A stretch of 64,000 bases of DNA from a virus (IMGVR_UViG_3300031999_000001:136058-200057), one strand, 5' to 3'. Positions 30,433 to 41,019 are shown, counted from the first letter of the stretch. A program made the numbers and translations. The notes: generated by a model not told the origin, from the letters alone.

Positions 30433-30440
30433 ATAAATAC
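30433..30440 (-). promoter_or_regulatory. Putative late promoter GTATTTAT
   Basis: 21 nt from the tape measure start. Confidence 0.65.
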
Positions 30441-30455
30441 AAAAGACAGTGTTTT

Positions 30456-30674
30456 TTATTTTCTTGATTTAAAATTAAATTTACTTTGTGCTTGTTCTTG
30501 TAACTTTTTAATTTCATCATTTTCTCTTTCAAGTAAAAATAAAAAATGTCGTCTGCGATATATTGGTAGATTTTCTATATAATCTGCTTGAAACTTAGCA
30601 TGTTTGGTCAATATATATATTTCTTCATTGACCATTTTTTTATACTCACCTGCTAAGTGCTTGGGAAAAAAAAA
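30456..30674 (-). CDS. Tail assembly chaperone 'T' segment reached by -1 frameshift (also has own ATG at 30635)
   Basis: -1 frame from the T9 slippery run reads FPKHLAGEYKKMVNEEIYILTKHAKFQADYIENLPIYRRRHFLFLL...SRK*. Confidence 0.7.
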   Translation of the reverse strand, partial: FFFPKHLAGEYKKMVNEEIYILTKHAKFQADYIENLPIYRRRHFLFLLERENDEIKKLQEQAQSKFNFKSRK

Positions 30675-31570
30675 TCTAAGCCGAGTGTTAAATAAGCATC
30701 AAATTTATAACCATCTTTAGTAGTAAATTCATATTTCATATCAACATCAGGACTAACATCCATTATTTTTCTGCGAATAGTAAGTGCATCCAGAGCTGGC
30801 ATTGCATCAACAAATTTATCAATATATAATCTGTCGGTTTTTTCATTAATTGCAATAATATGTGCTTTTAATTTCATTGTACTATATTGACTAAAATCCT
30901 CACCATATGCTTCTTTAATTGATTCGGCTTTTTTAAATAAAAGATTATCATCACCAGAACTAATTAATTTAAAAGTAATTATTTTTTTACGCATTGGTAA
31001 TTCAACTTTAAAAAAACCTAATTCATCGGGTAATTCTTTAACTTCTTTATATTTAAGTTTTAATAAATCAACTTTAGTTGGAAAAGCAACACCAGTCCTT
31101 GGATCACTTACTTGTACACTATATTCCGGACCATAACTTGAAGTACGAAGAAATAAAATAATAGCATTTCTATCACCAGCTAATAAATCTTCAACAACAA
31201 CGCCTTGTGTTTTAATTTTTCTTTTTAATAAAATATCTAAAATAATACCACTATCAAGTAATGATGGTGTAGTAAGCATGTCTTCATCTCTCGATGTCAT
31301 ATATTCAACATTAACTTCAGATAATCCATTTAGATAAAATAAACCTTTTGATGGTAATTTAATAATTTCATATGATGTCATTAAATCAGGGTCTGTTTCT
31401 CTTAACATTGTTTTTTCAAATTCCTGCGGATTAAAATGAGTTGGTTTTGGTATTGCATTAGCACTTATAATTGGATTATTTTTTCCAGTAATATTACCAG
31501 TTCCTTCTTTATATTTTTTTAATATATCAGAAATTTTTTCTTTTGGTGGTAATTGTTCTTCTTGTCCCAT
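30653..31570 (-). CDS. Tail assembly chaperone / T4 gp26-like baseplate hub assembly protein
   Basis: IKLPSKGLFY, MTSRDED.LT, LLAGDRNAI..FLR..YG.EY; C-term DFFFP. Confidence 0.75.
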   Translation of the reverse strand: MGQEEQLPPKEKISDILKKYKEGTGNITGKNNPIISANAIPKPTHFNPQEFEKTMLRETDPDLMTSYEIIKLPSKGLFYLNGLSEVNVEYMTSRDEDMLTTPSLLDSGIILDILLKRKIKTQGVVVEDLLAGDRNAIILFLRTSSYGPEYSVQVSDPRTGVAFPTKVDLLKLKYKEVKELPDELGFFKVELPMRKKIITFKLISSGDDNLLFKKAESIKEAYGEDFSQYSTMKLKAHIIAINEKTDRLYIDKFVDAMPALDALTIRRKIMDVSPDVDMKYEFTTKDGYKFDAYLTLGLDFFFPST

Positions 31571-31607
31571 TTTTTATAAATTTTTATATTTTATTATTGT
31601 TTTTTTA

Positions 31608-31615
31608 ATAAATAC
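31608..31615 (-). promoter_or_regulatory. Putative late promoter GTATTTAT
   Basis: 38 nt from the start codon at 31570. Confidence 0.6.
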
Positions 31616-31726
31616 TATAAAAAAAATTTTATTTAATTCAAGATTTTTATTTTAAACTCGTATTAATATATATGGTTGATAATATTTTATATACTTACTC
31701 TTTTTTAATGTAAAAATTTAAATAAA

Positions 31727-32014
31727 ATGATGGAAAAAAATTTAATAATTGTAATTTATGTTGGTGTTGCTGGTGTTAGAAGTGAAGATATTCCTCATTT
31801 TGTAGAAAAAATAACAAAAAAAATTGCACCATCAACATTTGAAGGTGAATTAATTATTATTCCAACACAATCACTTGATACTAAAATTGAATGTATTAAT
31901 CCTAAATATATTACAAACGAAGAATTAATTAAGGAACACACAGAAATGGTGAAAAATTTAAAAGAACAACTTCAATTTAGATTAGATATTTTAAAAGATA
32001 AAAATAATGAATAA
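31727..32014 (+). CDS. Hypothetical protein
   Basis: 95 aa ORF at the head of the + strand operon. Confidence 0.6.
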   Translation: MMEKNLIIVIYVGVAGVRSEDIPHFVEKITKKIAPSTFEGELIIIPTQSLDTKIECINPKYITNEELIKEHTEMVKNLKEQLQFRLDILKDKNNE

Positions 32015-32756
32015 ATTAAAAATAGGAATTGATATTAATGAAGTATTAAGAGCCAAGTGGCTTCAGTTTGATAAATTTTATGTACAGGAATTCGGAGAAG
32101 AAGGTGTTCCTAAAGAACAACCATATGTTTATGATTTTTTTAATACTTATAAGTGGAATGACAGGGTGGAAATCATTAAAGAATTAAAAGAACCAGAAGA
32201 TATGCCAGATGATATTAATCCAATTCATTATAAAATTGATGAAAATACTGGCGAAGCAAATGCAGATATTTTTTTATTTAAAAAAAATGAAGAAATTAAA
32301 TTAAGTGCAAAGGAAGTATATAATCGTTTTATGTATGAAGACTTTACATTCGAAATTTTCGGTAGTGCATCAATGATGTATAAAAACATGGACCTTCATG
32401 TTAATAAGTTCATTGAAAAATATAAAAATACTGTAGATTTTATTATTTTTTCAAAGGAAAATCAATTCAGTGTGCCATCAACACTATTTTTCTTAAGTAA
32501 AATAAGAAGTAGATTCAATAACTATCGTTTTGTTGAAAACAATGGGGAAATCTGGGATAATGTTGATGTATTCATAACAACAGACCCGGAATTTCTACAA
32601 TTAATTCCTGAAGGAAAATGGGTAATTAAATTAAAAAGACCATATAATGAAAATTTAGGTAATGATTCAATCATTTCTGTACTTCAATTACATGATTTAT
32701 TTGAAAATGAAGAATTTGAAAAATTAATAAATTATATAAAACCAATAATAAAATGA
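32007..32756 (+). CDS. HAD/5'(3')-deoxyribonucleotidase-like protein
   Basis: IGIDINEVLR motif I variant, DVFIT, K..RPYN. Confidence 0.6.
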   Translation: MNKLKIGIDINEVLRAKWLQFDKFYVQEFGEEGVPKEQPYVYDFFNTYKWNDRVEIIKELKEPEDMPDDINPIHYKIDENTGEANADIFLFKKNEEIKLSAKEVYNRFMYEDFTFEIFGSASMMYKNMDLHVNKFIEKYKNTVDFIIFSKENQFSVPSTLFFLSKIRSRFNNYRFVENNGEIWDNVDVFITTDPEFLQLIPEGKWVIKLKRPYNENLGNDSIISVLQLHDLFENEEFEKLINYIKPIIK

Positions 32757-33961
32757 GTGAAGAACTATTAAATAATGAAGCACAAAAAGCTGAATTAGAA
32801 AAAATTGAAAAGATTAAAATATCTTTAGATAAACTTGTAAATAAGAAATCAAAATTCTTATTCTGTATGCCAGAATCTCAAAGTCCTGTTGCAAGTATAT
32901 ATGAAATTTATTTTCATGCAACAATTGTAAAAAATATGGGTTATGATGTTTTTATTTTAGTTGAAAAGGGCGACTATGTTGTACCAACTTGGATTGAAAA
33001 AGAACTTACAAATCATAAATTTATTTCAATGAGTGATCCAAAATTAACGGTAGGTCCTGAAGACATTATGATTATTCCTGAAATATATTCAAATGTAATG
33101 GAACAAACAAAAAATTTACCTTGTGTTAGAATTGGCTTACTTCAATCTGTTGATTACATGATAAATGCTTTAATTCCGGGAACTGATTGGAAATCTTTTG
33201 GTATTAATGATATAATTACAACATCATTAACACTTAAAGAATGGATTGAAACATTTTATGGTAAAAATAAATTTAATATTAAAACATATAATGTGGGCAT
33301 TCCCGAATATTTTGAAAAATCAAAAATACCACAAAAACCAATAGTGTCTATTATTGGTAGAAATGCTAACGAAATTTCAAAACTCGTAAAATTATTTTTT
33401 AACAGATTTCCACAATATAGTTGGATAACATTTGACCCTATGCTTACTAAAAGTAAACCACCACAAGCAATGAGAAGGGTTGATTTTGCAAAAAGATTAC
33501 AAGGTAATTTTGCTGCAGTTTGGATTGACAGAATAGCATCATTTGGCACTTTTCCTCTTGAGTGTATGAAATCAGGTGTTGTTCCAATTTCTTTAAAACC
33601 CGATATTATACCAGAATATATACTTGAAAGAGATGAAAACGGCACTGTTATTAAAATTATTGAAAATGCTGGTGTTTGGGCAAATAATTTTTATGATCTA
33701 CCAATACTCATTGGTGAAATAATAATTAAATTTTTAGACGATAATATTATTCCTGAATTATATGAATCAATGGAAAAAATTGCATCTAAATATACACAGG
33801 AAATATCTGAAAATAAATTAACTGAAATTTATCAGGAATTTATTACTGAAAGAATTAATTTATTTCAAAGTGTGCTTCAATCTACACAATTATCTCTAAG
33901 CACACCAATACCAACTGAACCCCAACAACAAATTAATTTTACAGAACCACCAGTTGCATAA
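32753..33961 (+). CDS. GT-B (GT4-like) glycosyltransferase
   Basis: IIPEIY, SFGTFPLECMKSG (E-x7-E-like region). Confidence 0.7.
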   Translation: MSEELLNNEAQKAELEKIEKIKISLDKLVNKKSKFLFCMPESQSPVASIYEIYFHATIVKNMGYDVFILVEKGDYVVPTWIEKELTNHKFISMSDPKLTVGPEDIMIIPEIYSNVMEQTKNLPCVRIGLLQSVDYMINALIPGTDWKSFGINDIITTSLTLKEWIETFYGKNKFNIKTYNVGIPEYFEKSKIPQKPIVSIIGRNANEISKLVKLFFNRFPQYSWITFDPMLTKSKPPQAMRRVDFAKRLQGNFAAVWIDRIASFGTFPLECMKSGVVPISLKPDIIPEYILERDENGTVIKIIENAGVWANNFYDLPILIGEIIIKFLDDNIIPELYESMEKIASKYTQEISENKLTEIYQEFITERINLFQSVLQSTQLSLSTPIPTEPQQQINFTEPPVA

Positions 33962-33993
33962 TAAAAATAAGTTTAAAATAAAAAAATATAAAA

Positions 33994-34806
33994 ATGAATA
34001 TTTCAATAATAATTCCAATAATTGAGTGTGACGATAAAGTTACGCCTTTATTAACAAAAGCAGTAGAATCAATAGTAAAACAAGAAAATGTCGATTCGTT
34101 ACCAACAATTTATATTGTATTTCCAAATGTAATTGAAGCCAGTGTTGTTGGATTTAGAGATTCAATGATACGTCTATATCAAGATAAATTAAGTTTTGTT
34201 TTAATTAAAAATGATAACAAAACAGATTATCAATCACAAGTTAATTTGGGTGTTGATACAATAACTACCGATTATTTCTCAGTACTTGAATTTGATGATG
34301 AATATAGTACAACATATTTTAGAAATGCTCTTAAATATGTTGAAACATATCCAGAAATTGATGTATTTCTGATAATGATGATTGAGGTTAATGATAAAAA
34401 TGAAGGAATTAAACTAACAAACGAAATCATTTGGTCACAACAATTTGTTGGCGAAAATGGTGAAATGGGTTATTTAAATACATCAGCATTAAAACAATAC
34501 ACAGATTTTAAATTGTCAGGTGCAATTATTAAAAAATCAGAATTCATAAATCTTGGTAGATATAAATCAAATATTAAATTGACTTTTATGTATGAGTTTT
34601 TGCTTAGAGCATTAAATAATGCATGTAAGGTATTTTCAATTCCAAAAATTGGTTATAAACATCTTGTAACCAGAGAAGGAAGTTTATTTGATATATATCA
34701 AAAAACAATGCCAATTGATGAAAGGAAATTTTGGTTTGAAATTGCAACAAAAGAAGCAAATTTTCCAACCGACAGAGTAATTGATATATCAATATTACAA
34801 AAATAA
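33994..34806 (+). CDS. GT2-like glycosyltransferase
   Basis: ISIIIP, QVNLG, LEFDDEY, EFLLR, IGYKH. Confidence 0.75.
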   Translation: MNISIIIPIIECDDKVTPLLTKAVESIVKQENVDSLPTIYIVFPNVIEASVVGFRDSMIRLYQDKLSFVLIKNDNKTDYQSQVNLGVDTITTDYFSVLEFDDEYSTTYFRNALKYVETYPEIDVFLIMMIEVNDKNEGIKLTNEIIWSQQFVGENGEMGYLNTSALKQYTDFKLSGAIIKKSEFINLGRYKSNIKLTFMYEFLLRALNNACKVFSIPKIGYKHLVTREGSLFDIYQKTMPIDERKFWFEIATKEANFPTDRVIDISILQK

Positions 34807-34829
34807 TTAATATTTTTTGATTATGAAAA

Positions 34830-35699
34830 ATGAAAGAAAATGAAGAAAACGAACCCTATTTTGCGGAAAGGGAAGAACAAGCAGTTATAAATTACATTAA
34901 TTCAAATTCTTTAGAAGAAAAAAATAGAATTTATAATGAAATTTTAATTGAACCTTTTCGAAAAATGATACAATCAATATTAAGACGATATCCAATACAT
35001 ATTGGAAATTATAATATTCAAGAAGTAGAATCTAATGCTCTTACTCATTTAATTGAACATATGGTTAAATATAGACCATTTATTATTGAATATAATAAAA
35101 ATGATACTCCAAAATGGATTAAATCAAATATTTATAAGTATTTTCATATTGAAGAAGCTAATGAAAAATTAAAATCTTTAATTGAAGAAGGTAATAATAA
35201 TTATAATTATAGAATATTTAATTCCAAATCATTCAGTTATTGTCAAACAATAATTCGAAATCATTATAAAGATCATAGTAAAAAAAGTTATACTGAAAAA
35301 AAAATTAATTTATCTTTTGATGATTATGTTGATGAAATTAATGAAAATATTGAATATTCATATGAAATTGAAATGGAAACCCAACATCAATTTGAACAAT
35401 TAATTAATACTGTTGTTGAAAAAATTGAAGATAAAATTGATAATGACCTCATAATGAAGAAAAATGAGATTATTGTTGGTGATGCAATTGTAAATGTTTT
35501 AAAAAATTGGCATGTATTATTTATGGAAGAGAGTCCTAAAGGCAAATATAATAAAAGAGTGACTAATAAATTTGCAAAAAATAAAATTTTACTTTTTTTG
35601 AAAGAACAAACAGGATTATCAACAAAAGAAATACGAATTGCAATAAAACCATTTAAAGAAATATATTTTATTGAAAAAATTGATTATCTTGATGAATAA
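34830..35699 (+). CDS. Putative phage late sigma factor (gp55-like, sigma70 region 2)
   Basis: YF...E.AV..Y, RIYN, KSFSYCQTIIRNHY resembles the region 2 helix; inference only. Confidence 0.5.
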   Translation: MKENEENEPYFAEREEQAVINYINSNSLEEKNRIYNEILIEPFRKMIQSILRRYPIHIGNYNIQEVESNALTHLIEHMVKYRPFIIEYNKNDTPKWIKSNIYKYFHIEEANEKLKSLIEEGNNNYNYRIFNSKSFSYCQTIIRNHYKDHSKKSYTEKKINLSFDDYVDEINENIEYSYEIEMETQHQFEQLINTVVEKIEDKIDNDLIMKKNEIIVGDAIVNVLKNWHVLFMEESPKGKYNKRVTNKFAKNKILLFLKEQTGLSTKEIRIAIKPFKEIYFIEKIDYLDE

Positions 35700-36186
35700 A
35701 GTATATCAAACTATTGTAGATAGAAGACATGGCAATTGCACACAAGCTGCAATTGCAAGTTTATTTGAATTACCACTTGAAGCCGTACCTAATTTTAATT
35801 CATTTGGACAGAAATGGTTTGAAGTATTCTATAAATTTATTCGTGAGCAAGGATATGAATATGATGGTTGCCTTTATAATTATAATCAATGGCGTATAAT
35901 TAACAAAAGAGAGGGCAAACCAATGGCTAAACTAAGAAATAGATTACATAAAATAAAGAATATGTATGGTGTTAAAGATTATTTTTATGCCAGTGTTTAT
36001 TCTCCAAAATATTATGACTCAAATGATAAACCACCAGTAACACATGCAGTTATTATTGATAAAAATTTTAATATTGTACATGATGTTAATCCCGAAAATA
36101 TTAATATTATTAATTATCCAGAAGCAAAAGGGTTAAAATATAATGGAATTCTGGATATTTATATGATAAATCCTATTTCCAAATAA
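35692..36186 (+). CDS. Hypothetical protein, papain/C39-like Cys-His motif
   Basis: GNCTQAAIASL ... THAVII ... HDVNP. Confidence 0.5.
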   Translation: MNKVYQTIVDRRHGNCTQAAIASLFELPLEAVPNFNSFGQKWFEVFYKFIREQGYEYDGCLYNYNQWRIINKREGKPMAKLRNRLHKIKNMYGVKDYFYASVYSPKYYDSNDKPPVTHAVIIDKNFNIVHDVNPENINIINYPEAKGLKYNGILDIYMINPISK

Positions 36187-36189
36187 CAC

Positions 36190-36197
36190 GTATTTAT
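36190..36197 (+). promoter_or_regulatory. Putative late promoter GTATTTAT
   Basis: Lies upstream of the 36279-39667 structural operon. Confidence 0.55.
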
Positions 36198-36278
36198 ATG
36201 TACTAAAACTATAAAATGAAATTAAGTCGTGTATTAGTAAAATTATAAATAATAGAAAAAGAATTAAAATTTATTAAG

Positions 36279-36659
36279 ATGTGCCCCCGTCCAACCAGAA
36301 AAAAACTAAAATTTGATGAAGATAGTGTAAATAAATTACTTCAGGAAATTTATGATGAATCATGTAATGTTAAAGCAAAAATCATTCGCCTATTTACAAA
36401 ATGGGAATTAAAAGTAAAAGAAGGCGGTGAAATTGCTGCAATTGGTGATCAGATTGTTAAACTTATTGCTGCAGAAGCAAAAAATCAAGATCAAAAAATT
36501 ATGCTTCTTAAATATTTAAAGGAAGTTGTATTTGAAAAGAAAACAAATCCTGATGATACCCCAGAAGAAAGCGGTAATGTAACAACCGAAAGAAGAAATC
36601 AATTATTACATATGGTTCAAGAAGAAATTGATAAAAAAGAAAGGAATAAAAAAGAATAA
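36279..36659 (+). CDS. Hypothetical helical protein
   Basis: 126 aa ORF. Confidence 0.6.
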   Translation: MCPRPTRKKLKFDEDSVNKLLQEIYDESCNVKAKIIRLFTKWELKVKEGGEIAAIGDQIVKLIAAEAKNQDQKIMLLKYLKEVVFEKKTNPDDTPEESGNVTTERRNQLLHMVQEEIDKKERNKKE

Positions 36660-37960
36660 TGAGTTTAAGTGATGATAAAAAAAATATATTTACTACTATT
36701 GGTGCATATACTTCTTTAAAACAAGAAAGGAATTTGCCCGATACGACCAATTTATTTTCATCAATTAATAATAAAAAAGATGTTGTACCCTTTTTACTTG
36801 ATATTCTTAAAACTGTTGTTGGTACTGATGCCTTAAAACAACTTACTGGTCAATTATTTACTGATTTTATTGATAATGTTGAACCAAAAATAAAAGCAGC
36901 ATTAAACAAACAAATGATTCAATATAACGCAGGTGATGAACTTCCAACATGCTTTATAACAGGAATTTTAGTACCAGTAAAAGATATTGATATATTTGGT
37001 AAATTAAAAACAAATCCAAATTCGGCAGAAGGTAGTTTATTATATGGTTCAACAATTAATTTTGATAAGATTGCTTATCAGGCAATTTTAAATGCTGGAA
37101 CAGATACTTCATATTATAATTTATATATTAATTATAATGAAGCAACAGATAGTTTCATTTTTAAACCAAAACTTGATATTGTACCAAATCCAACAATTGG
37201 AGAATGGCTTGGAAATTTCATTAACGATACTGTTATTATTAATAAAAAAGAATTTTTAAGCAACGTAATGAATGCTATTTATGGTAGTATTACAACAAAT
37301 CAAAATAAAACTGTTGAACAAATATATAATGAATTACAAATAAGCAAATTAATTGAACAATTAATTGATGATAATGATAGTTTTGAAATAACACAAAATG
37401 AATTTGATGCATTACTACAACAAGCACAAGCATTGATTAATGGTGTTATTTACTATGATATGGGGTGTGGTGTTATTGGAGCTACGTTACCATTAAGTGG
37501 TATGACTAAATTAATTTCAGAAATATCTGGTTCAACAGATTCTTTTGTTGTTGGAAATGCTATTGAAGCAACAATTAATGAAAGTACTGCTGATGTGCAA
37601 GAAACTGCAGCAGAAAATAAACAAACAATAAAAGACGGATTTTTTCAGAGACTAATAAAAATAATTCAACAAATGTTGGCACAACTAATGACAACATCAC
37701 CACAAATTCGAGCACTTCTTGCAATAATAAGTGCTTTTGAAAATAATGGCATTGTTCAAATTGGAAATCCAAAAGATGATCTGAAAAAATTTAAAATATT
37801 TTTAAAATGTATAATAAAAGAAGCAACAAAAATGATAAATGAATTTATTTTTAATCTTGTGATTACATTTTTGGTTGCATTGCTTGCACCAATAATAAAA
37901 AAAATAATCAGAGAAAAAATTAATCAATACACAGATATTATTAAGAGTTTAATTATTTAA
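36659..37960 (+). CDS. Hypothetical (probable baseplate/virion) protein
   Basis: 433 aa, in operon with the gp5-like gene. Confidence 0.6.
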   Translation: MSLSDDKKNIFTTIGAYTSLKQERNLPDTTNLFSSINNKKDVVPFLLDILKTVVGTDALKQLTGQLFTDFIDNVEPKIKAALNKQMIQYNAGDELPTCFITGILVPVKDIDIFGKLKTNPNSAEGSLLYGSTINFDKIAYQAILNAGTDTSYYNLYINYNEATDSFIFKPKLDIVPNPTIGEWLGNFINDTVIINKKEFLSNVMNAIYGSITTNQNKTVEQIYNELQISKLIEQLIDDNDSFEITQNEFDALLQQAQALINGVIYYDMGCGVIGATLPLSGMTKLISEISGSTDSFVVGNAIEATINESTADVQETAAENKQTIKDGFFQRLIKIIQQMLAQLMTTSPQIRALLAIISAFENNGIVQIGNPKDDLKKFKIFLKCIIKEATKMINEFIFNLVITFLVALLAPIIKKIIREKINQYTDIIKSLII

Positions 37961-37964
37961 AATC

Positions 37965-38162
37965 ATGATAGTAGATCAAAAATTAAATAAACAATTTGTG
38001 GGTATTTATCTTATTGATGGGGATATTGATGGTACACAACTTGCAACAACAATTAAACCAAATTGGTTCAGAATATTGATAACCAAATGGTTTTTGGGTT
38101 GGAAATGGATAAGTATAAAAAAATTAAAAATTGAACAAGAAACACAAAAATTAAAAAAATAA
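37965..38162 (+). CDS. Small hypothetical protein
   Basis: 65 aa; KPNWFR..LGWKW. Confidence 0.55.
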   Translation: MIVDQKLNKQFVGIYLIDGDIDGTQLATTIKPNWFRILITKWFLGWKWISIKKLKIEQETQKLKK

Positions 38163-38163
38163 A

Positions 38164-38571
38164 ATGGCTATTGATTTTAATAATATTGATGCTATTGTTG
38201 CTGGATTTAATAAAATATTAAAACTCTCTACAATTGGTGGTCCACCACCAGTTCCAGTACCACTCATATTAGTTGGTGTAATGAAACGACCCGGATTATC
38301 ACCAATAAAGATTGCTTCACGTATTATTGCCAGAAAAAGTGAAGCAGGATTACCCGTTGGTACATTACCATCAGGTGGTGTTTCCCCTGATGAAATTATG
38401 GAAAGAATTAGAATTGAAGAAATTGTAAAAGCACTTCAACAAGATGCTGTAATTACAGTTGCAATTCCACCCGGAATTACAATAACTGCAGCAGGTATTT
38501 CACCAACAGGACCTGTTTCGGTGTTTGGTTCAACAATATATTATGCTAAAGGATATGGAGTTATACAATAA
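38164..38571 (+). CDS. Hypothetical baseplate/spike-associated protein
   Basis: 135 aa, Pro/Gly-rich; GP V-type beta C-terminus. Confidence 0.55.
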   Translation: MAIDFNNIDAIVAGFNKILKLSTIGGPPPVPVPLILVGVMKRPGLSPIKIASRIIARKSEAGLPVGTLPSGGVSPDEIMERIRIEEIVKALQQDAVITVAIPPGITITAAGISPTGPVSVFGSTIYYAKGYGVIQ

Positions 38572-38777
38572 TGGAAGATTTATCAAAATATACACCAACA
38601 GAATTGTTAAAATTAATTAATGATGTTAAAATAAAACATGAGATATTAAGACAAGAAATTATTAATCATACTCTTGAAGTCGATGAACTTGAAAGAATAA
38701 TTAATGAAAAATTAGAAATTTTAACCGAATTCGAAAAAAATTATGTTGTATTAATTGAAGAAATGAATAAGAAATAA
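38571..38777 (+). CDS. Small coiled-coil protein
   Basis: 68 aa, translationally coupled on both sides. Confidence 0.55.
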   Translation: MEDLSKYTPTELLKLINDVKIKHEILRQEIINHTLEVDELERIINEKLEILTEFEKNYVVLIEEMNKK

Positions 38778-39667
38778 TGTCATTTGATAAACCCATATTA
38801 CATAAAAGTAATCCATATAAACCTGTTGGACAAACAGATATTGTAACCAGAACAATATATTATGGTGAAGTAACTTCTATTGAAGACCCAACTGATGGTG
38901 GAAGAATAAAAACAAGAATTGCTGGATTAGATAATAGAACAGCAAATATTGACTTACCTTGGTGTTATCCATTAATGCCAAAATTTTTTCATGTTTATCC
39001 ACAAGTTGGTGAAATGGTTAGAATTTTTATTGAAGATATTAAATATCCAGAAAGAAGCAGATTTTGGCTTGGTAGTATTATATCACAACCACATAAAATC
39101 GGATTTGATTCAACATATACCGCATTATCAACAACAAATATGACACTCATAGTACCAGAACCTGCACCAACAACATTTCCCGATGCAGATGGTATATATC
39201 CCTTAAAAACAGATGTGGCAATTATTGGTAAGGTAAATACTGATATTATTTTACGTATAAATGAAGTGCATATTAGAGCTGGTAAACATGAAAATGATAA
39301 TGTTTTAAAATTAAATGTTAAAAATCCTGCAGAAATAAGTCTTATTTATGAACAAAAAAAAGAAAGTGATACATATTATACTAATACTATTATAACAAGT
39401 GATAAAATTGCTTTAATTTCACATTCGGGAATCCCACAATTTAAAGCAGTAAGATTAGAATCAAAAGACAGGGAAAGAATATTTAAAGAAGGTCATCCAG
39501 TTGCAAGGGGAGATGTTTTGGTTGAAGCATTAAATATTATTCGTAATGCATTAATTAATCATATTCATGGATATTTAAATCTTCCTGCAGATAAAAATGC
39601 AATTATTAATAATTTAGAAAAAATTAATTTTGAGTCAATTTTACAAAAAAACATTGTAACAAATTAA
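38777..39667 (+). CDS. Baseplate central spike (gp5/VgrG-like N-terminal OB fold)
   Basis: GEV.SIEDP.DGGRIK.RI..LD, LPWCYP, P.VGE.V; C-terminal NHIHGY metal-binding tip. Confidence 0.8.
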   Translation: MSFDKPILHKSNPYKPVGQTDIVTRTIYYGEVTSIEDPTDGGRIKTRIAGLDNRTANIDLPWCYPLMPKFFHVYPQVGEMVRIFIEDIKYPERSRFWLGSIISQPHKIGFDSTYTALSTTNMTLIVPEPAPTTFPDADGIYPLKTDVAIIGKVNTDIILRINEVHIRAGKHENDNVLKLNVKNPAEISLIYEQKKESDTYYTNTIITSDKIALISHSGIPQFKAVRLESKDRERIFKEGHPVARGDVLVEALNIIRNALINHIHGYLNLPADKNAIINNLEKINFESILQKNIVTN

Positions 39668-39683
39668 TATTTATATATCTTTG
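39654..39683 (+). promoter_or_regulatory. Bacteroidota-type promoter
   Basis: TTG-19nt-TATCTTTG upstream of ATG 39690. Confidence 0.55.
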
Positions 39684-39689
39684 TTATTA

Positions 39690-40481
39690 ATGGATTCAAA
39701 ATTATCAATACCCAGCGAATTATTTACAACATTTAATGATATTACGTTTTATGATGAACCACATAAATATTTTCTTAATAATAAAGAACTGATTTCAGTA
39801 ACAACTTTAATACATAAATATCAAGAAGAATTTCAAGAAGATTATTGGTCAAACTATAAAAGTGAGCAATTTCATATTAGTCAGAAAGAGATTTTAAGGG
39901 CATGGAATTTCATTAACAAGAAAGGGATTATAAAAGGGTCAGCTATTCACGATTATGCCCAGAATCTCTTTGAAAATAAGAAATTTGAGTATCCGAGTGA
40001 CATAATAGTTAAAGAATTTGGTTTTGACCCTGTAATTAATGAATATAATATTACAAAAAAACATGTTGATAAGTTTTATAATGATGTTCACGGTAAATTA
40101 ATACCAATTCGAACAGAAATGATTGTTTATGATAAAGAATCATTAATTGGTGGAATGCTTGATATATTATTTTATAACATAAAAGCAAAGGAATTTCAGA
40201 TTTGGGATAATAAAACCAACAAAGATTTTACATTTGAAATGAAAAGCAGACATTTACTTAATGAATTATATGTGTTAGAAGATTGTGATTTGGAATTATA
40301 TTCATTACAACTTGGTTTATATAAATATATTATTGAAAAAAATATTTCAATAAAACTTGGTAAATCATATATTATTTGGTTTTCACATAATAATTCAACA
40401 TATCAAATTATCGAAGCAAAAAATAGATCATATTATGTTGATATTATTGTAAAAAACAGAATTAATGAATTACAAACATAA
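39690..40481 (+). CDS. PD-(D/E)XK exonuclease-like protein
   Basis: H.Y...SVTT, G..IH, E..V, GMLD, WDNKT, YSLQL..Y. Confidence 0.8.
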   Translation: MDSKLSIPSELFTTFNDITFYDEPHKYFLNNKELISVTTLIHKYQEEFQEDYWSNYKSEQFHISQKEILRAWNFINKKGIIKGSAIHDYAQNLFENKKFEYPSDIIVKEFGFDPVINEYNITKKHVDKFYNDVHGKLIPIRTEMIVYDKESLIGGMLDILFYNIKAKEFQIWDNKTNKDFTFEMKSRHLLNELYVLEDCDLELYSLQLGLYKYIIEKNISIKLGKSYIIWFSHNNSTYQIIEAKNRSYYVDIIVKNRINELQT

Positions 40482-40527
40482 TATATTTGTCCAAAACAAT
40501 TTATTTTGACTCCTTTTTTTAATTTGA

Positions 40528-41019
40528 TTACAGGTTCAAAATACATCTCCACGGTTGAATTTCTAAAACTATGTTTGTTAATTCATCATTCGTATAATCA
40601 TTGTCTTGAAAATCAATTGATGTAATCATACATTGTTCCAAAAACCATTTTTCAACTTCAATGCCAACCGGGTCTAATGCTTTTAATAAAATGTTTTTAG
40701 CATATCCTGCTTTATAACCCATACGACCAGTAAGTGATTCAGCATGTAAACGAACCCATTCCATAAGTTGTTGTGATGTTGATGGACCTATCGGGTCAAG
40801 AAATGTAATTTGCATTGTATCCCAAACATATCTTCCAGCAACATAATTTTGTTCGTTCATAAACATAATCGGAACTGAATTTATTTTTAATGATGGTCTT
40901 TTAAATTTTTGAACTTTCCAAACTTCAATGCCTAATTCATCAGCAAATTCAGCAAAGAATCTATTAACTCTTTTTGGTTCATATTCGAACGGAATCCCAC
41001 GAATCATTTCCCCTGCCAT
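40528..41019 (-). CDS. Tail tube protein (gp19-like)
   Basis: EPKR.NRF, YVAGR..W, F.DPIGPS, EW, G.EVEKW.L; directly downstream of sheath. Confidence 0.85.
   Translation of the reverse strand: MAGEMIRGIPFEYEPKRVNRFFAEFADELGIEVWKVQKFKRPSLKINSVPIMFMNEQNYVAGRYVWDTMQITFLDPIGPSTSQQLMEWVRLHAESLTGRMGYKAGYAKNILLKALDPVGIEVEKWFLEQCMITSIDFQDNDYTNDELTNIVLEIQPWRCILNL

Noticed and set aside
39690-40481. Cas4 / CRISPR adaptation gene
   Set aside because: Lacks the Fe-S cysteine set and any CRISPR context; treated as a generic phage PD-(D/E)XK nuclease
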